From an uncultured Candidatus Saccharibacteria bacterium (lineage in GTDB: Bacteria; Patescibacteriota; Minisyncoccia; 2-01-FULL-47-10; JBBTYX01), in the NCBI GenBank assembly GCA_964436845.1, contig CAYTEF010000003.1, positions 1 to 32,924 of the forward strand: a stretch of 32,924 nucleotides of DNA, read 5' to 3'. The position numbers were made by a program, and so were the translations under genes. Of the stretch, positions 15,393 through 24,209 are shown piece by piece (the first letter of the stretch is position 1; the number at the start of each line of letters is the position of its first letter). The notes below the pieces were generated by a model. That model worked only from the letters and a program-made list of their open reading frames with translations. It searched no databases and was not told the origin of the DNA.

Positions 15393-15510
15393 CAGTAAGC
15401 TTTGGGATTTGCATCCTTGTATTTATGAAAACACTGCGAATTCCTCAAGAGAGGTTTTTTTGCCGTCGTATTCTTGGTAGTGGTAGCGCGGTGACTCATA
15501 ATATATTCTG

Positions 15511-15825
15511 TCAACTTTTGTCCGCTTTTTCAAACGCTTTTATTTCAAAGGGGTTGGGATAGGTTTTTTGGAGTTCTTCTTCTATGAGTTTTTGTTGCAT
15601 CTTGTCCTCTTCTATAGCCCTTGCGAGAAGCTCGTAATCAATACCCGGTGTTAAAAGGAACACGCTCTCAACAGGCCAAAATAGCGGCTGGTAAAGATAC
15701 AGGAAAAAGGTGAATGAGGTGACATAGAGTACCACCACGCTAAAAACGCCCACCGCGATGCTCACATATACGAGCGAATCCCAGGGGAGGAGTTTTTTTA
15801 TAAAAGGGGTAATTTCAATATTCAT
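15511..15825 (-). CDS. Small membrane protein (two TM helices), last gene of the pilus operon
   Basis: 104-aa ORF; ATGA overlap with the upstream gene; hydrophobic segments then a charged tail. Confidence 0.6.
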   Translation of the reverse strand: MNIEITPFIKKLLPWDSLVYVSIAVGVFSVVVLYVTSFTFFLYLYQPLFWPVESVFLLTPGIDYELLARAIEEDKMQQKLIEEELQKTYPNPFEIKAFEKADKS

Positions 15826-16316
15826 GGTTTTGAAAGCGCTGGGGTAAGAAAAAGATCAGTTTTAATTCCTTCGGTGGCAGAACGTGCAATCTTATTAAGC
15901 TGAATGACTGTCGCGGTTTGACGTGCCATGAGCAAAAAGTCTAAGAGGCCATTAAAGGATCCCTCAAGCTGCACGCTCACGATCACGGTGGGGGTTTCCT
16001 GGACGTTAAGTGTTATTTTATTTCCCGTTTCTTTTGCGGTTTTGTCCAGATACGTCAAAAATTCAGGCCCATCCGAGAATGTTGTTTGCTTTGTGAGCTG
16101 ATTTCGCTCGCGCATAACACTCTGTTGCTCATTCTTGAAAAAGGGGAGAAATTCCATGCGTGATTGCAGAAGCTGAATTTCCTTTCGGTGTTCAGAGATA
16201 AGCCCACTATAAAGAGAAATCTTTTGGAAGAGCATGGTATAATCAAACCACAAGCTAATGAGTGTGATAAAAATCACTATTCCCCAGAGAATATAGAGTC
16301 GTATGCGATGAGACAT
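15822..16316 (-). CDS. PilO-like pilus alignment protein
   Basis: 164 aa with a single N-terminal TM helix, a coiled-coil segment and a C-terminal domain. Position after pilN supports the call. Confidence 0.5.
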   Translation of the reverse strand: MSHRIRLYILWGIVIFITLISLWFDYTMLFQKISLYSGLISEHRKEIQLLQSRMEFLPFFKNEQQSVMRERNQLTKQTTFSDGPEFLTYLDKTAKETGNKITLNVQETPTVIVSVQLEGSFNGLLDFLLMARQTATVIQLNKIARSATEGIKTDLFLTPALSKP

Positions 16317-16321
16317 AAGTA

Positions 16322-16873
16322 TTATTTTTTCGGAGGAGCAAAGGTAAATGAAAACGTGAAGGTAATGTTCTCGGTTTTCTGGTAGTTTGAAAGAGGAGAG
16401 ACTAAATCTTTGATCAAGGGAGAAGAGTGAAGAATATTCTCAAACGTCCGCAGTGCCTGGCGTTCCGGCGCCTTTCCATCAAGAGCGATCTGTGTAGAAG
16501 CACCCGCCTGGTTTATGCTAATAGAGCTAAGAGCAATATTCGTGGGGACGAGGTTGGTTAATTGGGTAAGAAGAGTATACCATTCAATGGCGGGTGAACT
16601 ACCTACCCGAGCTTTTAATTCTTTATTAAACTGCTCTGACGATTTTTTAATTGCCTCAAGGGTAATATTTTGAGGATTCTGTTTTGCTTGGGCTAATTCT
16701 TGGGCAAAGAATGCCTGCTGATTTTGCAAGTACACAAGGGCAAAAAGCAAGAAGAGTGAAAACATTGCCAAAAGGCCAAGTAAAATATTTCCATAACGGG
16801 AAAAATGTTTTGCCTTTTGTAAAAATACGAACCGCGTGCGCAGTTCTGGTGGAATAAGGTTGAATCTAAGCAT
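16322..16873 (-). CDS. pilN: PilN-like pilus assembly protein
   Basis: MLRFNLIPPELR (INLLP-like motif), then a TM helix and a coiled coil. Start ATG 16873 sits just after the pilM stop; the ORF-track start is 16939. Confidence 0.65.
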   Translation of the reverse strand: MLRFNLIPPELRTRFVFLQKAKHFSRYGNILLGLLAMFSLFLLFALVYLQNQQAFFAQELAQAKQNPQNITLEAIKKSSEQFNKELKARVGSSPAIEWYTLLTQLTNLVPTNIALSSISINQAGASTQIALDGKAPERQALRTFENILHSSPLIKDLVSPLSNYQKTENITFTFSFTFAPPKK

Positions 16874-17828
16874 AGTATTCCTCATAGATGCCTCGAAAGG
16901 CAATACCAAGGGCTGTTGTGTAGGCGGGGTGGAGGGCAAACATTTTTTCCGGACCCCTCACGCGTTTTTTCATTTTTTTCGCGAGATACTCAAGCAGTTC
17001 GGGAAAGTTTGCCCACGCCCCGCAGACAATGATGTCGCCAAGGGATTGACTGTCCTTTTCGTGTGAATGAACTAAGTGTTCTTCGTAATAGTCAATATAC
17101 TCGGTGAGTTTTTTTGCTAACCCTTGTAGAGTTTTTTGCATAGCTGACCACTCTTCTTTTCTTGTCTGAACCCAGTCGTTCCACTCCATTGCTAAGTAGT
17201 CAGGGGGAGTGGGGGAGGAGACGTCCAGCTTTATTGAGCTCGTAAATCGAATCGCACCCTTACTGAAAATAACAATAGTAACCTTGCTTATGCCAATATC
17301 CACGACAAGGGTGGGGGGTATTAATTCGTGAGGACGGAAAGGGTTAAGCGCCCCCCATAGGAGCGCATTGGGTTCGGTTTCTATGAGAGCAGGATCAAAT
17401 CCGGCTTTTTGAATCGCTCCCGAATAAAAATCAATGACACTCTTTGGGGAGGCGACAAAAATAACATCAAGATGCGCGTCTTCCGTTAAGGCGTTTCCAA
17501 TAACCTTCCAGTCCCAATAGACATCTTTTTGCCCATAGGGGAGGATTTTTTCTACTTCTTCTGAAAGGAGAGCTTTAAGTTCTTCGGGCTCCCTTTGGGG
17601 AAGCTGGACGATTTTAGTAAAGCTTTCCTCTTCGGGGATGGCAAGCCCAACTTCGTGGGAAATAAGCCCATGCGGACGCGCTTTCTTTACTAATTCGCGA
17701 AGGATATCAGGGAGTTCTTCTTTTTTGGTAAATTCTTTCTCCCCGAAACCATTCACCGAAAGGCGCTTTCCTTTCTTCAATATTTCCAGAATGCGTATTC
17801 TATTCTCTGACACATCAAGGGCAAACAT
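16866..17828 (-). CDS. pilM: PilM (actin-like pilus assembly ATPase)
   Basis: MFALDVSENRIRILEI... with an actin/FtsA-like fold pattern. The ORF-track start 17864 is TTG inside a promoter; ATG 17828 is preferred. Confidence 0.75.
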   Translation of the reverse strand: MFALDVSENRIRILEILKKGKRLSVNGFGEKEFTKKEELPDILRELVKKARPHGLISHEVGLAIPEEESFTKIVQLPQREPEELKALLSEEVEKILPYGQKDVYWDWKVIGNALTEDAHLDVIFVASPKSVIDFYSGAIQKAGFDPALIETEPNALLWGALNPFRPHELIPPTLVVDIGISKVTIVIFSKGAIRFTSSIKLDVSSPTPPDYLAMEWNDWVQTRKEEWSAMQKTLQGLAKKLTEYIDYYEEHLVHSHEKDSQSLGDIIVCGAWANFPELLEYLAKKMKKRVRGPEKMFALHPAYTTALGIAFRGIYEEYYA

Positions 17829-17835
17829 GATAAAA

Positions 17836-17864
17836 ATTATACCACTCTCATTTTCATCTGACAA
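17836..17864 (-). promoter_or_regulatory. Internal near-consensus promoter; pilM would be leaderless
   Basis: Minus strand reads TTGTCA, 17 nt, TGgTATAAT. ATG 17828 lies 7 nt after the -10 and has no SD. Confidence 0.55.
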
Positions 17865-17871
17865 ATTTTAG

Positions 17872-19134
17872 CTATTCTATTTCCTTCCAGCTCTCAATAG
17901 TAACTGATCCTGCGGGTCCTGAAACAAAAAGGGCATTCGCCAAACCCGTTTCATACGTGATTGAGGAGTTGTTCCCTATGGTTAATCCGTATCCTGTCGC
18001 TTGGCGAAGAGCAAGATTATTACCAATTGCAATCGTGCCGTTTGGGGAATAAAGAATCGCGCTTGTTGCGCTATTGCCTATGTCAATTGCCGTTCCCGGG
18101 CCGAACGAGGAGAGGATCATTATATAACTGCCGGTCTGTCCAGATCCCGAGAGGATGACGGTATTTCCAAGATTTACGGAGCCGTCCACAATCAGTATGC
18201 CGCTTTTTGTTCCATAACCCGCGTCCAATTTAATGGTATCAGAATTTCCAAGGTTAACTGTTCCTGTAACCCAGACTGTTCCCGTGAGGGTGAGGATGAC
18301 ATTATTACCCAAGGTCATATCGCCACTAATCTTTTTAGGACCAAGACTCGCTGAGGTGTTATTTCCAAGAGTATATCCATTGAGAACGGCCCCAGCCGCG
18401 GCTTCTGCCTTCCACACATCTATTTGTGTTTGGCTGATAGGGAAATTTGCCGGTGTAAGAGGCGGGGAGAGGATTTGGGTTGATCCGGCGGTACAGTTGG
18501 TAAAAGAAGTTACGTAATGAGCCGTATTCCCGATTTGACAGTTTTGGAAACTTCCCGCATACGCGTCTTGATTAACGGTTATGTCCTTCATACTGTTGCT
18601 TCCCGCGACTTGAGCTGTTCCGGTAACAGTGCTCTGGCTTATTCCTCCTCCCTGAATATTCCCGTTGGAAAATATATTTCCCACAATGGACGTACCATTG
18701 CCCATAATAAGCCCAGCGTCTCCCACCTGTACCCCGTAGGTAAAACTGATGCCAACGCCCTCTTTGACATTAATGCGAACTTTGCGTATCGCATTTGATA
18801 CATCACCTTGGGAGGTAATTTCTTTCACCCCGCCTCCCATATCAATAACATTCGTTGTCACGGAGGAACCATTGAGGGTGAGGACCTCTGTCGGTGAATA
18901 ATTTTTCCCTTTCGTCATGCGATACACAACATCTTCTGCTCCTGCCTCGCTAAGGAAGTAACTTTGTTTGGCGTCCAGATTTATAACGGCTATATGGGCT
19001 TCGGGAATGGCTAAAAACGAAAAACCAAAGACGAGCGCCAAAAATATCAAAAGAAAAAATATCATTGCGACAAGGGTCGCCTGGCCCTTCAAAGACGAAT
19101 TTGAAATTTGAAATTTGAAATTTAAAATTTTCAC
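17872..19134 (-). CDS. PilX-like minor pilin with a C-terminal Gly/Asn-rich beta-solenoid-like domain
   Basis: 420 aa. KGQATLVAMIFFLLIFLAL resembles the PilX N-terminal segment. The C-terminus ILYSPNGTIAIGNN...LTIGNNSSITYE parallels the C-terminus of the 21435..23126 product. GTG start 1 nt after the upstream stop. Confidence 0.65.
   Translation of the reverse strand: MKILNFKFQISNSSLKGQATLVAMIFFLLIFLALVFGFSFLAIPEAHIAVINLDAKQSYFLSEAGAEDVVYRMTKGKNYSPTEVLTLNGSSVTTNVIDMGGGVKEITSQGDVSNAIRKVRINVKEGVGISFTYGVQVGDAGLIMGNGTSIVGNIFSNGNIQGGGISQSTVTGTAQVAGSNSMKDITVNQDAYAGSFQNCQIGNTAHYVTSFTNCTAGSTQILSPPLTPANFPISQTQIDVWKAEAAAGAVLNGYTLGNNTSASLGPKKISGDMTLGNNVILTLTGTVWVTGTVNLGNSDTIKLDAGYGTKSGILIVDGSVNLGNTVILSGSGQTGSYIMILSSFGPGTAIDIGNSATSAILYSPNGTIAIGNNLALRQATGYGLTIGNNSSITYETGLANALFVSGPAGSVTIESWKEIE
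19098..19130. repeat. Heptanucleotide tandem repeat (AAATTTC-type, 3 perfect plus 2 degenerate units) at the 5' end of the PilX-like gene
   Basis: Minus strand: GTG AAAATTTT AAATTTC AAATTTC AAATTTC AAATTCG. Confidence 0.8.
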
Positions 19135-19135
19135 C

Positions 19136-20932
19136 CTAGTAGCTTCTTCTTAGCACCGCGGTGCCGTAAAATGTTTCAGAAGAGAGGAGACGGCCCTGAC
19201 CTCCTTCAATGGTCAGTTCAATGCGCACGGATTCCGTATTTGCAGAAGCTGAGAGGAGGAAGGGTCCAAGCAGGGGGGTCTCTCCGTAGTGGTATCCCAT
19301 GTCAACCGTTCCCGCATCCCCCACGCCGTCTATGCGGGTCGTTTTGGAATCAAGTCCTATAGTTATCGAAGATTGAAAGCCCGTATCAATGGAAGGAGAA
19401 TTAGCCGCATGTCCCGTTGCTGTTGCTTGCAGATGTACATCGGCGGGAGCGCTTACATAAAGAGGATTGGCTGAAATATTGCCCTCTGTGCCGGCGATAC
19501 CCGAACAACCGCCTGCGTAATTTTGTGATGAATTATTCCATGCGTTATTATTTTTGACATTCGGGCTGCAAGGGCCGATGTGACCCGCTCCAAATGGCCG
19601 TCTGGATGAAATACCAACGACCTGATCTGAAACAATGTTATTCTCAATAATTGTTTGGGCTTTCATTCCTGTATAAAAAAGGATGCCGTGGTCAAGATTA
19701 TTATTTATGGTGTTGTTTCGGATTGTTACCGGTTGCAAAGAGGAATTTGATCGGTAAGGATAGTAGATGCCATGATGGGCATTGTTGTAAATATGGTTGT
19801 TCGCTATAACGCCATCAAACCATACATGACCGGCTATACCATAATCGACGTTCCCATATATTTTATTATGTTGAATGGTCACATTATTTGCCGGCTCAAA
19901 CCCTGCGTTTCCTCCATCGGTCGCTGAAATACCCCTCGTATTTCCATAAATTCTATTATTTTGCACAATAGTATTGGTGTACTCCCCATTGGCAAAGTAA
20001 ATGCCTGAGGTAATATTTGCGAGGATGTCGTTATTTTCAATCACCCAGCCCGTCGCATGTGCGTATGAACCATTCCCCCAAGCGTTTGTAAGCACAATAC
20101 CGTTGGTATTGCCCGTAATAGTAGAATTCCTTATTACGTTAAAATCAGATCCATGAGCAGACCATATGCCAGAGGTTGATCCGGTGATGGTAAATCCGTC
20201 AATTAAAATATAATCCGTGCCCGGCGAGTTTCCCAAGCCCGGGCTTGTAAACTGAAAGCCATAAGCGCCTCCGTCAACTATTACGCTCCCCGCGTCACCC
20301 GTATAGGCTCCGGTTGTATCAGCGATAAAACCAATATAGTTTCCCGCGGTTCCGGAAACGGTTAATACCACGGTTTCATTATATGTTCCCGCTCCGACAA
20401 GAACGGTGTTTCCTGGCACGACCACTGAAGCGGCTTTGGAAATCGTGCAAAAAGCAGTTGCCGGAGACGTTCCGTTAGCGCTATTAGAACAGCCTCCCCA
20501 GGAACCCCGCACGTAATAGGCATTGATAATGGGATTTATACGACGGAAGAGGAGTTTCGTAATGCGTACATTGTTGGTAAGAGGAGCAGAAGAAGCAGAT
20601 CCTTCTTTGAGTATGAGATTTTGTCCTTGTATGAAGAATTGGCGGCCGATAGGCGTTTCATTAAGAGGACTGACGATAGTGTTTAATGAAAGTTTTCCCG
20701 GGCTGGAGCCAAGAATGCTACTTCCAATATCAATTTCGTCCGACAAACGTATCTCGCGCAACATTCGTTCCATTACACTAATACCCTGTTCATTGATGGT
20801 TCGTTTTACCCGTGCCTTCCCAAAAATTGTAACAGTTGAAACGATCGCCTCCGTAGCGAAAGTTGCTATTATACTGACAATAGCTACGTAAAAAATTGCT
20901 TCTATAAGGGTAAAAGAGCGCATGCGCCTCAT
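19136..20932 (-). CDS. PilW/GspJ-like minor pilin fused to a right-handed parallel beta-helix (pectin-lyase-fold) domain
   Basis: 598 aa. Prepilin-type N-terminus MRRMRS/FTLIEAIFYVAIV. At least 7 repeats of (I/V)xNNxIxxNxxxGI (for example IRNSTITGNTNGIVL, VQNNRIYGNTRGISA, IRNNTINNNLDHGILF), preceded by a PGNTVLVGAGTYNETV-type cap. Confidence 0.75.
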   Translation of the reverse strand: MRRMRSFTLIEAIFYVAIVSIIATFATEAIVSTVTIFGKARVKRTINEQGISVMERMLREIRLSDEIDIGSSILGSSPGKLSLNTIVSPLNETPIGRQFFIQGQNLILKEGSASSAPLTNNVRITKLLFRRINPIINAYYVRGSWGGCSNSANGTSPATAFCTISKAASVVVPGNTVLVGAGTYNETVVLTVSGTAGNYIGFIADTTGAYTGDAGSVIVDGGAYGFQFTSPGLGNSPGTDYILIDGFTITGSTSGIWSAHGSDFNVIRNSTITGNTNGIVLTNAWGNGSYAHATGWVIENNDILANITSGIYFANGEYTNTIVQNNRIYGNTRGISATDGGNAGFEPANNVTIQHNKIYGNVDYGIAGHVWFDGVIANNHIYNNAHHGIYYPYRSNSSLQPVTIRNNTINNNLDHGILFYTGMKAQTIIENNIVSDQVVGISSRRPFGAGHIGPCSPNVKNNNAWNNSSQNYAGGCSGIAGTEGNISANPLYVSAPADVHLQATATGHAANSPSIDTGFQSSITIGLDSKTTRIDGVGDAGTVDMGYHYGETPLLGPFLLSASANTESVRIELTIEGGQGRLLSSETFYGTAVLRRSY

Positions 20933-20937
20933 AAATT

Positions 20938-21444
20938 TTAGTTTTGAAAGAGGTTAGTGATGTAGGTGGAAAGCGATCGCGTGGTTGTCTTATTCCCAGA
21001 TTTTTTCCACAAAACATAAATCGTTACCTTCTTTGTCCCCGGATCAAGGGTTTTTGGATCGGCGGCGCCTGCGTCAACAATATCGTCGTCACTGTTACGG
21101 CGGTATACATCCTCAAATACCGCCGTGCGCGTGAATATACCCTCAATTGCTCCAGGGTCGGTCGTTGCCAAATTCCAGCTTACATTAAAAACCGGATAAT
21201 AGGTGTTTCCTGATGTAAGGGGGGCAATTTTTTGCGTCCAGCTCACATCGCGCAGAGTTCGGACCGCTTCAGCCCCTTCCTCTAGCAAAAAGGCCGCACG
21301 CCCCTCCCGCGTGCTCTCATCAACGAACAAAAACGCAAGGTTTGCCGCATTTGAAAGCGCGAAAAGGGAAATTGAGACGATCGCAATGGCGATGATGACC
21401 TCCACAAGGCCAAAACCGTAGAATTTTTTCTTACTCATATACAT
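20938..21444 (-). CDS. PilV/GspI-like minor pilin
   Basis: 168 aa. Prepilin motif KKKFYG/FGLVEVIIAIAIV with Glu at +5. ATG 21438 makes an ATGA overlap with the upstream stop. Confidence 0.7.
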   Translation of the reverse strand: MYMSKKKFYGFGLVEVIIAIAIVSISLFALSNAANLAFLFVDESTREGRAAFLLEEGAEAVRTLRDVSWTQKIAPLTSGNTYYPVFNVSWNLATTDPGAIEGIFTRTAVFEDVYRRNSDDDIVDAGAADPKTLDPGTKKVTIYVLWKKSGNKTTTRSLSTYITNLFQN

Positions 21445-23126
21445 GTTGCATTTATAAGAGCTATATCATAGAGCAGATTAGCATTCGTACCCAGGGCGAT
21501 GCTTTTTCCAATAATGCTGCCCCATATATTTCCCCCATCCCCAATACTTACGCTTGCCTGAGGCGCATAGAGAATTCCGTTAAAGGAAAGATTGGTTCCC
21601 ATTACAAAGGGCGAATTACCCGCTATCATGAAGGTAAGATTTTTAGGAACTGCGGTGGAACTGGAAAGATTACTCCCCGCGCCTATGTTCCCCGTATTCG
21701 CCTGTATATTTAGGGTATTGTCAGCGCTTACGGTAGCATTAGTTCCTGTAGTAAGGGTATTTGCCGCGAAAATAAAGTTTTTAGCTGTTAATATGTTTCC
21801 TCCTGATCCCAATGAAGCGCTATTTGCCCAAAGGGTTGTATTCTGTTGTGCCTGAATAGTGGAATTCGTCCCGGTGGTTAAGGACTGTGCCGTCAGGGAA
21901 AGCGCACCATCAACGATAATATTAGTGTCAGATCCCAGCGAGAAAGTATTAGTCATAAAGGAAGCATTTCCTGAGGTTTGAATAGTGACATTCGTGCCGG
22001 TTGTAAAAGACTCTGCCTTCATGTCGAGAGCTTCTATTGCTGTTAAAGAGAATCCATCACCTAGAGAAATAGAGGGAGTAGTTATCGTAATTGCATTTGA
22101 AAAGATAACATTGACATTGCTGTCAGCTGAGAATGTATTTGTGGCTATTTGACTTTCAAGGCCGTTAACGGTAAGTGTCGTGCCGCTTCCTAAGGTGAGA
22201 ACATTAAGATTGAGCGGACAGTCTCCCTCAAGCGTTAAGTTTGCGTTAGTGCCGGTAGTAATCTCTGAAGGAACGTCTTGACAAATATTAACCGTGGCAC
22301 TTTGGCCGCTTCCAAGGGTAAGCGGCAATCCGCTTGTGACAGGAGGGCTTATGGGAGACACAGGAGGGGGTGAGGAAATTAATGAGGCCGGAGGAATAAC
22401 TACGGGTGCGGAAGCTGAAGTCCTAGATCCGCTAATAATAGCTCCTCCCGCAAGAGTGATGACGGCATTGGGATCACCTTGATATCCTACAACGCCACTG
22501 CCATTTATTTGCGCGTTTGTGCCAAGTGTAAATGTTGCAGGGGTGATAGTATTTGTCTGGACCAGTGCCTGATTGTTACCTCCCGCGCCGCCGGAATCAT
22601 AACTATTAATAATGGAACCTGCGCCAATGGTAATAGCTTCATTTGCAAATACTGCCCATTCGCATTGGGGAGGGGTAAGCATGGTAACCACCCCTTGGGG
22701 GAGGATGCGAATAGTGCGGCTTTTTGCAGGGTCAGTAGTGAGACGAAATGTGATAAACCCATACTGGTCAGAGGATCCGGTCAATTTTTTAAATACCACG
22801 TCAGGACCCCCGCCATTAAGGGAGATTTCAGATATCTCTATATGGGAAGAAAGGAAGGAGACCCTATTGTCAGGATTGCCATCCACAAATACCGCCCCTT
22901 TAAAGAGTACTATGCGATTTGCTTCAAAATGAACACCATACGAAGAACCGCCTTGGGAAGAGAGTGTTTGCGACTTTGCTTCCAAAAGAAAAGACATGCC
23001 TTGCTCAACGCTTGACTGTAACTCCACCGCGCTTTGGAAGCGGGGGAGTGAACTAATAATGATCCCCGCGAGAATGAGGAGGATTGTCGTAACAATCAAA
23101 AGTTCAATAAGGGTTAACCCTTTCAT
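21435..23126 (-). CDS. FimT/GspH-like minor pilin fused to a long (T)GTN-repeat beta-solenoid domain
   Basis: 563 aa. MKG/LTLIELLIV prepilin motif, then a GspH-like beta domain of about 140 aa, a Pro-rich linker (PPASLISSPPPVSPISPPV) and at least 7 TGTN/LGTN repeat units. C-terminus is ILYAPQASVSIGDGGN...ALGTNANLLYD. Confidence 0.75.
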   Translation of the reverse strand: MKGLTLIELLIVTTILLILAGIIISSLPRFQSAVELQSSVEQGMSFLLEAKSQTLSSQGGSSYGVHFEANRIVLFKGAVFVDGNPDNRVSFLSSHIEISEISLNGGGPDVVFKKLTGSSDQYGFITFRLTTDPAKSRTIRILPQGVVTMLTPPQCEWAVFANEAITIGAGSIINSYDSGGAGGNNQALVQTNTITPATFTLGTNAQINGSGVVGYQGDPNAVITLAGGAIISGSRTSASAPVVIPPASLISSPPPVSPISPPVTSGLPLTLGSGQSATVNICQDVPSEITTGTNANLTLEGDCPLNLNVLTLGSGTTLTVNGLESQIATNTFSADSNVNVIFSNAITITTPSISLGDGFSLTAIEALDMKAESFTTGTNVTIQTSGNASFMTNTFSLGSDTNIIVDGALSLTAQSLTTGTNSTIQAQQNTTLWANSASLGSGGNILTAKNFIFAANTLTTGTNATVSADNTLNIQANTGNIGAGSNLSSSTAVPKNLTFMIAGNSPFVMGTNLSFNGILYAPQASVSIGDGGNIWGSIIGKSIALGTNANLLYDIALINATCI

Positions 23127-24206
23127 TTATTGTGACCCCACTGATTGGGTAAGGCTATAGATTGGCTGGAGCATGGATATCGCAAGAAATCCTACCGCAC
23201 TGCCGATGATGACCATGAGCACAGGCTCAATAATTGAGGAAAGATTTTTTGTAATAGCATCCACCTCTTCCTCATAAAATTCCGCAAGGTCGGTTAAAAC
23301 GAGATCTATGCTGCCGGTTTGCTCACCCACTGCCACGAGTTGTGCCGCAAGGGGAGGATAAAGATGCCGATAGGACGCGAGCACTTCATGGAGTGCTTTC
23401 CCCTTCTCTACGGCTTTTTTTGCTTCTAGAAGAGCTTGTTTGTAAAAGTGATTCTGGAGTACTTCAGAGGTAATAGAGAGTGCTTCAAGGATGGAGACGC
23501 CACTTTTTACCAGCGTCTGGAGAGTCCTTGCGGTGCGGGCCGTATTTACCTTCTTACTTATTTTGCCGAAAACGGGGGTGTGGAGAATAAGCCAGCTTAA
23601 GGTAATTTTCCCCCGTTTCACGCGTCTAAAGAAAAACCAAAGCGCAATAAGACTGCCAAATACGCTAATAGGTAAAAGGAGGTAGTGATTGATTAAGAAG
23701 TTTGAAAAGGCGATAAGTGCCCGCGTGGTAATGGGAAGTTCAGCCTTGAAACTATCAAAAACGATCGTGAGCCGAGGGACAACAAAGACCATCATTGCAA
23801 TTAATACTATTCCCATCACCACCACAATCACCGCCGGATAAATAAGAGCACCCACCACTTTAGACCGTAAAGCACGCTCTTTTTCCATATGGATAGCTAG
23901 ACTGGAAAGCACTTCGTCCATAGTACCTGAACTTTCGCCTGTTTTTAACATACTCACATAAAATTGACTAAATACCGTGGGGTATGCGTTAAGACTTTGA
24001 GAAAATTCCGTACCTTTGGTGACTGCCGTTTTCACTTGGCCAAGTATGTATTTGAGAAAAGAGGAAGATGTTTCTTGCGAGAGAATTTCAATTCCTTGGG
24101 GTAATGAGAGTCCGGCTTTCACCACTAAGGCGAGGTTTCGCGTAAAGGTGATCTTATCCTTTAAAGAGACCCCCTGGATTTTTGCTAATGTGAGGCGAAT
24201 ATTCAT
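23127..24206 (-). CDS. pilC: Type IV pilus platform protein PilC (GspF family)
   Basis: 359 aa with two T2SS-F repeats and three TM segments. Abuts the next gene with no gap. Confidence 0.9.
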   Translation of the reverse strand: MNIRLTLAKIQGVSLKDKITFTRNLALVVKAGLSLPQGIEILSQETSSSFLKYILGQVKTAVTKGTEFSQSLNAYPTVFSQFYVSMLKTGESSGTMDEVLSSLAIHMEKERALRSKVVGALIYPAVIVVVMGIVLIAMMVFVVPRLTIVFDSFKAELPITTRALIAFSNFLINHYLLLPISVFGSLIALWFFFRRVKRGKITLSWLILHTPVFGKISKKVNTARTARTLQTLVKSGVSILEALSITSEVLQNHFYKQALLEAKKAVEKGKALHEVLASYRHLYPPLAAQLVAVGEQTGSIDLVLTDLAEFYEEEVDAITKNLSSIIEPVLMVIIGSAVGFLAISMLQPIYSLTQSVGSQ

Positions 24207-24209
24207 AGA

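Noticed and set aside
15466-15508. GGTAGTGGTAGCGCGGTGACTCATAA resembles both the T-box consensus (GGGTGGTACCGCG) and the D-loop and anticodon-loop (CTCATAA) region of initiator tRNA-Met
   Set aside because: It lies on the strand opposite thrS. It has no specifier or antiterminator context, no anticodon-stem pairing, and no acceptor or T arm. At best it is a decayed tRNA fragment, and I cannot support either call.
22479-23015. 178-aa plus-strand ORF, along with other 60-125-aa ORFs (for example 18001..18354, 20523..20891, 22612..22932), lying antisense to the pilin genes
   Set aside because: They are shadow ORFs inside long, well-supported minus-strand genes. Their composition is Cys/Arg-rich and low in complexity, and they have no SD or promoter.
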